A stretch of DNA of 64,000 bases from Phycisphaerae bacterium. GTDB lineage: Bacteria; Planctomycetota; Phycisphaerae; UBA1845. Below are positions 56,862 to 64,000 of the stretch, one piece after another. The DNA lies in assembly GCA_029260215.1 (NCBI GenBank), contig JAJDDQ010000078.1, positions 1 through 64,000 of the forward strand, given 5' to 3'. The translations under genes and the position numbers were made by a program. The notes beneath the pieces were generated by a model, which did no database searches, was not told where the DNA came from, and saw nothing but the letters and a program-made list of their open reading frames with translations. Position 1 is the first letter of the stretch. Every line of letters begins with the position of its first letter.

Positions 56862-58028
56862 CTAATGCTTGATGATCCAATTGACGTAGACGTTGGCCGG
56901 ACGGGTTTCTGCGTCACCGCCGCTGTTGATGGTGTGTCCGTGGCCTCCGCCCGAACCCGCGGAATGAGCATGACCGCCGGCTGAGCCGATGCTGTGGCTG
57001 TGACTGCCGCCGGATGGGATATTGAGCAAGCCCAGGAAGCTGCCTGTGCCCGCCTCCGGTTCGCTTGGAAAACCGGTATTGTTGCCGTCTCTGCGCATGC
57101 TGGCGAAGTGCTGGTGAGAACCGCCGCTGCTGCTGTGTGAATGCGACGACACTGAACTGATCGAATGCGTGTGGTTTGAGACTGAGCTTGCAGAGAAGTT
57201 CGAGTTGGGTCGGCTTGTTGCGTCGGCTTGCAGGGAGCCGACGATGTTGCCAGTGTTGCCGCCGCTGTTTGAGGCTGTCCGTTGAGTTCGGTTGGGATCG
57301 TTCGACGTCGCACCGGACACGCCGCGCAGGAATCGCCCGCGCATGTCGGGCAAGTGAAACGTAGTAGAGCCGTCACCGCTGCCATAAGCGGTGCCGATCG
57401 ACGCGAACAAGTCCGCGAACGTCGCACGGCTGACTGTCGATCCGTCACACACCAACCATCCGTCCGGCGCAGCCGCTCCGCCGTAAGCGAGCATCGCCCC
57501 GGCTGGTACGAGCTGTCGTGGAAGGTATTGGCCAACGGTATCTGAATCGAGCGCGTGGTCCGCCTCCAACGCATGCTCAGCCTCGGCGGCTCGATCGGAA
57601 TCCAGCGCACGATAGACAAACGGCGCGCTGGCCAATCGCTGGTCCGGGGACAACTGAAACACACCGTGTCCTAGTTGATCGTCGAACCAGATGCGCAGCA
57701 AGACATCGTCGTTTTCGAAAACGGTTGACGGCAATGCAGCCATCGGCGATTGGCCGAGTGCGACGCTGTACACCCCGTTTACGACGCCGAGGCCCAGAGG
57801 CGCTATCGGCCTATTGGTCGTGCCGATTTCGCTGCCGTCGTTGGTCCAGAGGTTGACGCCGTTCACACCGGGTGCGATCAGCGCAAAGTAGAAGTTTCCC
57901 GTACCGGTGAATCGTTGCCCGTCGACCGCCACCACGCCCTGGTGGCTGATCTGTGCGGGAATCTCTGCGCGAAGGAGGCCCGACGCGCAAACCAGAATTA
58001 CGATGCCAAACACGCCGATTCGTCTCAT
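56862..58028 (-). CDS. secreted phage-tail-collar (MdpB-like) domain protein with Gly/Ser/His-rich tail
   Basis: GWLVCDGSTVSRATFADLFASIGTAYGSGDGSTTFHLPDMRGRF matches the collar domain. C-terminal segment is …ETRPANVYVNWIIKH. The start is MRRIGVFGIVILVC (58028), with GGAG 7 nt upstream. Confidence 0.7.
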   Translation of the reverse strand: MRRIGVFGIVILVCASGLLRAEIPAQISHQGVVAVDGQRFTGTGNFYFALIAPGVNGVNLWTNDGSEIGTTNRPIAPLGLGVVNGVYSVALGQSPMAALPSTVFENDDVLLRIWFDDQLGHGVFQLSPDQRLASAPFVYRALDSDRAAEAEHALEADHALDSDTVGQYLPRQLVPAGAMLAYGGAAAPDGWLVCDGSTVSRATFADLFASIGTAYGSGDGSTTFHLPDMRGRFLRGVSGATSNDPNRTQRTASNSGGNTGNIVGSLQADATSRPNSNFSASSVSNHTHSISSVSSHSHSSSGGSHQHFASMRRDGNNTGFPSEPEAGTGSFLGLLNIPSGGSHSHSIGSAGGHAHSAGSGGGHGHTINSGGDAETRPANVYVNWIIKH

Positions 58029-58282
58029 TGCTTCACTCCAGACAGAAAAGACCGATGTCGCACAAAGCCCCGCCGTCCGGTACAGACCGCCCGCGCGACA
58101 ACCAAACGCAACGATCGCGGAGCGCGCACCGCTCCCGACCTCTGATGGACTTGTGAAACCCCAAGTACACGGTACACAATCAGCCTGTGCGTTGCAATCA
58201 TCTTCGCCGAAATCGCTAAACTGAAGCACGCGCGACGCGAAAATTCGCCGACAATGCACTGAAACCTCAATGCTTCAAGACG

Positions 58283-59554
58283 CTAAATGTGGGTCCGATA
58301 GGCGGGCGCGGGGCGAACCGGGGCATCGGGCTGGGCGCTTCGATCGAAATCGAACGGGCGATCGGCCAACAGGTAAGGCCGGCGACGTGAAACGCTCACC
58401 AACAACCCTACAGCGAGGAAATTCGTCAACAGACTGCTTCCCCCGTAGCTAACGAACGGCAGCGTCATCCCGGTTATCGGAACCAGCCCGAGCGTCATGC
58501 CGATGTTGATCACCACCTGCGTGAGAATCAAAGACACCACACCCACTGCCAGCAATCTGGCGAAAGGGTCCATCGTCTCAGCCGCGATCTCGATACCAGC
58601 CAGCGCGATGATCATGTAGCAAATCAGCACGATCAAACAACCCACAAACCCCCACTGATGCCCGACCATTGCAAAGATGAAATCGTTGTGCTTGTCCGGG
58701 AGAAAACTGAATTCGACAAACACGCCCTCGCCCCAGCCATGCCCGGTCCACCCGCCCGAACCGAGCGCCGCCTTGGAGCGCACAAGCTGCATGCCGATGT
58801 CCACTTCCCACTGGCGCGCCTGCTGCTCCGTACCCAGCATCCGATAACGATCCGGTTCTTCGATGATCTTGCGGCGGAGCGTGTCGGATTGCAGGAGCAC
58901 GCCGAGTATCCGGGCACGCTGGTAGGCGTGAATCTCAAACCAAAGCGCCGGGGCCAAGCATAAACCGACCAGCGCGAGGCACGCAAAGTGCTTGAACCGT
59001 GCACCGGCAGCGAACAGCATGATGAAGAAGACTGGCATGATCAGGAGCGCCGTCCCCAGGTCAGGTTCCAGCAGAATCAGAACCAGCGGAACCATCGAAG
59101 CTGCCATTGGAATCAACAGCCCTAGGAATGTGCGGTAGTTTCGCCGGTAGCGCAGATAGGCAGCCAACCCAATGATGTAAGCCACTTTCATCAGCTCCGA
59201 CGGCTGAAGACTGTAAAACGGAAGCTGAATCCAACGATAGGCTCCGCGTTTCTGCGGTACGAGCGGTTCCAGCGATACGTAGCGCGCGACAAAAAGCGGT
59301 ATGAGCAGCAGAACGGCGACGGCGACGATGAGCGGCGCGAACCGCGCAACGGTGGGATAGCCGATGCCCACGACGGCTGCGAACGCGGTGGCGGCTACCA
59401 GAACATTGAGCATTTGCTTGATCGTGTGGGCGGGGATGACTGATCGACCTGCTTCGGTCGCGTAGATGCACAGCAGGCCTATGACGTAGAGAATGCTGAC
59501 CGCGATCAATATCGCCCACGCGGATTCGCTCAGATTGAATACGCGTCGCCTCAC
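58283..59554 (-). CDS. rodA: SEDS family peptidoglycan glycosyltransferase RodA/FtsW
   Basis: About 10 TM helices and conserved SEDS periplasmic loop (…FSFLPDKHNDFIFA…PFVSYGGSSLL). Confidence 0.85.
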   Translation of the reverse strand: MRRRVFNLSESAWAILIAVSILYVIGLLCIYATEAGRSVIPAHTIKQMLNVLVAATAFAAVVGIGYPTVARFAPLIVAVAVLLLIPLFVARYVSLEPLVPQKRGAYRWIQLPFYSLQPSELMKVAYIIGLAAYLRYRRNYRTFLGLLIPMAASMVPLVLILLEPDLGTALLIMPVFFIMLFAAGARFKHFACLALVGLCLAPALWFEIHAYQRARILGVLLQSDTLRRKIIEEPDRYRMLGTEQQARQWEVDIGMQLVRSKAALGSGGWTGHGWGEGVFVEFSFLPDKHNDFIFAMVGHQWGFVGCLIVLICYMIIALAGIEIAAETMDPFARLLAVGVVSLILTQVVINIGMTLGLVPITGMTLPFVSYGGSSLLTNFLAVGLLVSVSRRRPYLLADRPFDFDRSAQPDAPVRPAPAYRTHI

Positions 59555-61680
59555 GCGCCCGAATCTCCCACGTTCGCGCCGTCCGGATTCAGCGACGGCC
59601 CCAGCACATCGTAAACGGTCTGCGCAACCTCTTTCGCCACTGGGCCCGCTGCGTGACCACCACTGCCGCCGAATTCAATCATGACCGCGAACGCGATAGC
59701 CGGCGATCGCGACCAAATCGGCCTACCGTCGCCGTCGATCGATTGCAGATACCCCGCGAACCATGCATGCGAATGCTTCTCTTTTTCGTGTGCCGCCTTG
59801 GGCGGTGGCCAATATTGTTCGACACGAACGTCGGCTTTGGCGTCGAAAACAGCCTCCGGATGCTTGCGCGACATCCAGTCCAGTGCGTCCCGCCGCGTCT
59901 TTCCCGGTGCCATCGCGATGATATCCCGTTCTTGCTCCGTGTCGTACCGGACCCGGTAGTGCGTCGGTGTCGGCCTGGTGGTTGCGCTGCCTGTCTTCCC
60001 GCACAGCGCGTACCGATCGTTCGTCCAATGCGCGGTCTTGTTGGCTGTCCCCGCGCGATCGTTCGTTACGCGGAAAAGCCCCTCCCGAACAGCCTGAATC
60101 GCGGCATCGGAAATAGGCAGTCGCCATTCGGGCCGATCCTGGCCGTCCATAACAAGCGACACGTGACGAAACGCGCCCGTTGCGTAGACAGCCATCAGGT
60201 TGGCTGCCTGAAGCGGTGTAATCACCAACTCGCCCTGGCCTATGGCGAAATTCCGTGCGTGGCCTCGGGTTGCCGTCTGACTTCGTCGCGACATCAGCCA
60301 ACCCGGCGTCGGGTTGATGCCGGTGCGTTCCTCGATCATGTCCAGACCCGTCGACCGCCCGAAACCAGCCATGTCAAAGTAGTGGCACAGCCGATCAGGT
60401 CCGACGCGATCGCCAATGACGTACATGAACACATTGCAACTGCCCGCGATGGCGTCGGCTACGGTGATATCGCCGTGGGCCTTTCGCCGGTTGGTTCCGC
60501 CGACTTTCCAACATCGATAGCTCTCGGGGTAGCGTTCGCGATCGTAGTACCCGTTGCAATGAATGACGCTGCGCGCGTCGATGACCCCCGTGCCCATGCC
60601 CGCGAAACAGGTCAGCGGCTTGACGATCGAACCGGGTTCGTATGCGTTGGAAATCGCCCGGAAACGAAGCGGTGTTCCCTTGGAGTCGCTGCGCAGCAGG
60701 TCGTAGTCTTCGTGAAACGCGCCCGTGTCGTAACCGGGGTACGAAACCAACGCGAGCACTTCGCGCGTTTGCGTGTCCAACACGACAATGGCACCGCCCG
60801 GCGACAAGGGTGCCACTTCTGACAGTCGCCGGTCCATTAATTCGTACAACGCGGTTTGCAACTTGGCGTTCAAGGTCAGCCTGACGTCCGCGCCGGTCAT
60901 CGGCTGTGTGTTTTCGACCATCTCGCCGCGACGATTCCGCTGCCGCCGCCCGCGACGACCACGCAGCAACGGCTCAGCCGATCGCTCCACGCCGGACACG
61001 CCGACCACGTCCGCCGGCATCAGACGCGCCAGCCTGTCGCCTGCGTTGGGGTCGTTCGCCAATCGCTCAGCCGTCACAGGCCCCAATTGTCCCAGCACGT
61101 GCCCGAAAGCGGGGTGGGCAACCCGACGCCGACGCTTGCCGTGTGTCACCTCGATCCAGGAGTATTTCGCCAAGCGCTGCCGGGCCGAAATCTGCTCCTG
61201 ATCGTCAAGCTCCCGCACGATGGGGTGGGCCATGCGCTCTTCGCGTATTGATACGTCGTATCCGTGGGCGGCTCTGACCGCATCGCGCCATCGTTCGACG
61301 CGCTCGACGACATTTTGCGCTCGCGTCAGCAATGTCGCGACCGGCTCGTGCGCAAACACCGCCAGGTCCATCCACGAATGGCGCACAGCCGACTCGTTGT
61401 ACTCACGAGACCCACGCGATCGCCCGGTCGATTCACACAGGACGGAATAATCGACACTTACCTGCCAACAAGGCTCATCAGCGGCCAGCACATAACCGTT
61501 GCGATCCAGAATGCGCCCACGGACAAACGGCAACGAGGTCGCCGGCCTCAGAAGCACGCGGGCCGCCTCTTCGCGGTAATAGTCCGCATGCACGACCTGG
61601 AGATCGAGCAACCGCAGAATCAACACGGAAAAAACAACGCAACCGGCGAGCAGAATGATCTTCAATCGCCGTTCAAACAT
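59551..61680 (-). CDS. mrdA: penicillin-binding protein 2 (class B transpeptidase)
   Basis: SxxK (GSIVKP), SxN (GSCNVF) and KTG (CGKTGSA) are present, with an N-terminal TM anchor. It overlaps the rodA start by 4 nt. Confidence 0.85.
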   Translation of the reverse strand: MFERRLKIILLAGCVVFSVLILRLLDLQVVHADYYREEAARVLLRPATSLPFVRGRILDRNGYVLAADEPCWQVSVDYSVLCESTGRSRGSREYNESAVRHSWMDLAVFAHEPVATLLTRAQNVVERVERWRDAVRAAHGYDVSIREERMAHPIVRELDDQEQISARQRLAKYSWIEVTHGKRRRRVAHPAFGHVLGQLGPVTAERLANDPNAGDRLARLMPADVVGVSGVERSAEPLLRGRRGRRQRNRRGEMVENTQPMTGADVRLTLNAKLQTALYELMDRRLSEVAPLSPGGAIVVLDTQTREVLALVSYPGYDTGAFHEDYDLLRSDSKGTPLRFRAISNAYEPGSIVKPLTCFAGMGTGVIDARSVIHCNGYYDRERYPESYRCWKVGGTNRRKAHGDITVADAIAGSCNVFMYVIGDRVGPDRLCHYFDMAGFGRSTGLDMIEERTGINPTPGWLMSRRSQTATRGHARNFAIGQGELVITPLQAANLMAVYATGAFRHVSLVMDGQDRPEWRLPISDAAIQAVREGLFRVTNDRAGTANKTAHWTNDRYALCGKTGSATTRPTPTHYRVRYDTEQERDIIAMAPGKTRRDALDWMSRKHPEAVFDAKADVRVEQYWPPPKAAHEKEKHSHAWFAGYLQSIDGDGRPIWSRSPAIAFAVMIEFGGSGGHAAGPVAKEVAQTVYDVLGPSLNPDGANVGDSGA

Positions 61681-62212
61681 AGGCCCGCCCCACAGCCGCC
61701 CGACTGTGCGCGTACCGGGATGTGTGCAAGCCGAACAAGATCACTCCGCAGGCCAACACTCCGTCGAGCAAAACCGCCCACGCGGCTGTATATGTGGAAG
61801 ACAACAGCGCAGTCCACAACGCAAAGGATATGCCGCCGTATGCGGCTGGGTAAGTCGTCACGCGATAGACAACGAGCGCACCGTTCACCGCGACGGCTGC
61901 ACACAGTGTGACGAAAAAGTGTGTTGACGTGCGTTTGAGAAACACGACTTCGCGCACCGAGTTGGCTGCCAGAGCAGCTAGGCAGTAGAGCAGGGAGAAT
62001 AATCCGAGTCGTTCCAGACTCATCAGATCGGCTCCGAAACCGATGAACCAACCAGCTACGACGGCTTCGCGGCGTTTGGCGTACAGTCCGAAAAACACAG
62101 CGATTGCGAGAAGAAAGTCGGCGTCCATCCCGCCGATCGAAACGCGCGGAACCACCGTCGTCTGCAAGACCCACGCAACGACGGCGACTGCTCCGAACGC
62201 AAACCAGTTCAC
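61673..62212 (-). CDS. mreD: rod shape-determining protein MreD-like
   Basis: 179 aa with 5 TM helices. It lies immediately upstream of mrdA and overlaps it by 8 nt. Confidence 0.6.
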   Translation of the reverse strand: MNWFAFGAVAVVAWVLQTTVVPRVSIGGMDADFLLAIAVFFGLYAKRREAVVAGWFIGFGADLMSLERLGLFSLLYCLAALAANSVREVVFLKRTSTHFFVTLCAAVAVNGALVVYRVTTYPAAYGGISFALWTALLSSTYTAAWAVLLDGVLACGVILFGLHTSRYAHSRAAVGRAYV

Positions 62213-63274
62213 CTAATTCGCTCCTCGGCCACGGAATGCGGCGGCGGACGCTCCAAACGGATCGCCCGTTCCAAGTATGCCCAGAATCGCATCGGCAGCC
62301 GCCACCTGTATCCACGGGTCAGCCTGATCGCTCAGACGCTTTTCCAACGCGGGCAGCGCGGCAGGATCACCGATCGACCCTAAAGCGTTGGCGGCCAACT
62401 GTCGCACGCGACGAATCTGCAATCGCGGCGGATCCTGCGCGACGTTTTCCTGCGGACGGTTGAAGTCAATGTGCTTCAGTGCCAGCTTCAACCCGTCGTC
62501 GATGCCCAGTCGCCCGAGTGCGTTCGCGGCGGCCAATCGCGTCTCGACGTATTCACCCTTTTGCAGCTTGTAGCGAAACGTGTTGGCCAGCGATGGTTGT
62601 TCCAGTTCCGCGAGCGTGTTTATGGCGGACACGCGACGGTCCCCCGGTCCGGAGCTGGCCGAAAAAGTCAATTGTGAAACGGCTTCGGGGTTACCCAGTC
62701 GGGCCATCGATTCCAATGCTTCCTGCCGAACGTATTCGTCTTTGTCCTTCATCGCCCGGGCCAGAAGTCTCACCGCCTTCGCTTCATCCAGCAGGCCCAA
62801 AACCATCGCACCGCTGCGTCTTACTTCCGGCGACGGGTCATCCAACAGCAGTTCCGGCAGTCGCGCCGAGTAGCGGGTATCGCCCATCTGATGCAGCGCG
62901 AAGCAGGCAGCCACACGCAACACCTTGTTCTCATGCTCAGCCAGCATGGCCACACGCTCGCGGGAATCCCGATCGCGCAATGTCCCCAACGCCATCAACG
63001 CGGCGAAATTCACCCCAGGCTCTTCGTCGTGCAGCGCGTTGCGAAGCCAAGGCAGCGCGTCGTCGCCCAAACGACGTTGCATCACCTCGATGCCCAGCGC
63101 ACGCACGCTTCCCGCATGCTCATAACGAACGGCACGTTTGATCGCTTCGACCGCCCGATCGCGCAGAGCGTCAACAGCCACCGGATCCACCATGTGCGGC
63201 GACGGCGTTGTCGCACACCCCCCAGCCAACATCAGCAGTGCGAACCCTGAAAGACCAGTCGTCTTGCGTTTCAT
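62213..63274 (-). CDS. HEAT-repeat (PBS-lyase-like) lipoprotein
   Basis: The signal is MKRKTTGLSGFALLMLAGGC. Multiple HEAT units follow (…PEVRRSGAMVLGLL…EYVRQEALESMARLGNPEAV…). Confidence 0.7.
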   Translation of the reverse strand: MKRKTTGLSGFALLMLAGGCATTPSPHMVDPVAVDALRDRAVEAIKRAVRYEHAGSVRALGIEVMQRRLGDDALPWLRNALHDEEPGVNFAALMALGTLRDRDSRERVAMLAEHENKVLRVAACFALHQMGDTRYSARLPELLLDDPSPEVRRSGAMVLGLLDEAKAVRLLARAMKDKDEYVRQEALESMARLGNPEAVSQLTFSASSGPGDRRVSAINTLAELEQPSLANTFRYKLQKGEYVETRLAAANALGRLGIDDGLKLALKHIDFNRPQENVAQDPPRLQIRRVRQLAANALGSIGDPAALPALEKRLSDQADPWIQVAAADAILGILGTGDPFGASAAAFRGRGAN

Positions 63275-64000
63275 GCGGAATCCTCTTCTTCATCACCCCA
63301 CCGCGCCCGGACACAGATGTAATCCAGACAAAGCAACCACCAGAGCACGGCACAGGTCAGCGCGAAAACGTCGCCCGTCCTGGAATAAAAACTGTAACGC
63401 GTGTCAATCATAACATGATCCACGCGAAAGCCTGTCTCGCCCACGCCGATCTTCGAATACGCCCGTCCGTTCGGATCAATAAATCCGCTGACCCCCGTAT
63501 TGACCGATCTCGCAATCCCGACCCGATTTTCGACGGCCCGAAACACGCAAATCGCGAAGTGCTGCGGCAATTCGTCGCTGTGCAGAAACCAGCCGTCGTT
63601 GCTGATATTCAATAGAAAATCGACGCGTTTCCCATCCTCCCCCTCGCCGCGGACGAACCCGCGGGCTACGTAGGGCATGACATCTTCATAACAAATGGGC
63701 GTGCCGAACCGGTACTTGCGCCCGTCGCTTTCGGCCGTCATCGTGAACGCGTTCAAATCCTCGCCCGGCGAAAGCGAATACTCAAACCCGCCCACCCCGA
63801 ACGGCGACAGGCTGTTGAACCACAGGTACAGAAAACGCAGGCGGCCGTAGCGAAACGGGACCATTTCGCCGAACAGTACGGGGTGAATCTTGTCATGTCG
63901 TTCCGGTTCACCACCCTCAGCCCGGAAGTGGTAAGCGGAATTGTACAAAAGCTCTTCGCTCCACAGGCTGAACGGCGTGGGCGTCAACGATGCACTGCCG
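63271..64000 (-). CDS. lnt: apolipoprotein N-acyltransferase, C-terminal CN-hydrolase domain (5' part lies outside the window)
   Basis: GTPICYEDVMP is the catalytic Cys region and RAVENRVGIARSVNTGVSGFIDPNG is the C-terminal Lnt region. It overlaps the HEAT gene by 4 nt. Confidence 0.7.
   Translation of the reverse strand, partial: GSASLTPTPFSLWSEELLYNSAYHFRAEGGEPERHDKIHPVLFGEMVPFRYGRLRFLYLWFNSLSPFGVGGFEYSLSPGEDLNAFTMTAESDGRKYRFGTPICYEDVMPYVARGFVRGEGEDGKRVDFLLNISNDGWFLHSDELPQHFAICVFRAVENRVGIARSVNTGVSGFIDPNGRAYSKIGVGETGFRVDHVMIDTRYSFYSRTGDVFALTCAVLWWLLCLDYICVRARWGDEEEDSA

Overview
This is a GC-rich (~60-65%) bacterial chromosomal segment with about 50 genes on both strands. Long antisense shadow ORFs are common, as expected at this GC content. 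Several traits suggest a Planctomycetota-like organism, though this cannot be proven from sequence alone: many secreted or lipoproteins carry C-terminal dockerin-like Asp-rich repeats, there is a YWTD beta-propeller protein, and the peptidoglycan elongation genes mreD-mrdA-rodA sit next to lnt. Confident housekeeping calls are an acyl-CoA dehydrogenase 3' fragment, metG, ribBA, thiE, guaA, guaB, pntAA/pntAB/pntB, manA, a KefB-type K+/H+ antiporter, flotillin with an NfeD-like partner, an S9 peptidase, an M19 dipeptidase, murQ, a ROK kinase, an SSS transporter, SpoIID/LytB, an L-Ala-D/L-Glu epimerase, an AmpD-type amidase, an M23 peptidase, PBP2, RodA, MreD, Lnt and tRNA-Phe(GAA). The most unusual items are as follows. 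(1) A ~1.0 kb low-GC islet at 43257-44278 is bounded by perfect 19-bp terminal inverted repeats and carries a small Zn-ribbon membrane protein gene and a Cys-rich mini-ORF. (2) A family of membrane proteins built from a conserved C-x2-C...[YN][DC]L[TRS]GL...CPEC zinc-ribbon module recurs five times in the window, including a tandem pair that each contain an internal duplication. (3) A DUF1611 (DgcN-like) gene overlaps a putative amino-acid racemase (DgcA-like), divergent from an M19 dipeptidase, adjacent to a large cell-wall recycling neighbourhood. (4) An ABC exporter carries an N-terminal PDZ domain. (5) Two zincin metalloproteases of about 900 aa each are tandem paralogs. (6) Intergenic regions at 31832-32077 and 17494-17628 hold structured or nested-palindromic elements of unknown function. 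(7) A truncated AAA-ATPase fragment lies immediately 3' of tRNA-Phe. Coordinates for CDS come from the supplied ORF track (start codons refined by codon counting). Coordinates for non-ORF elements were read from the line labels, which appear to drift by about 1 nt in places (for example near 55000), so treat them as +/-2 nt.
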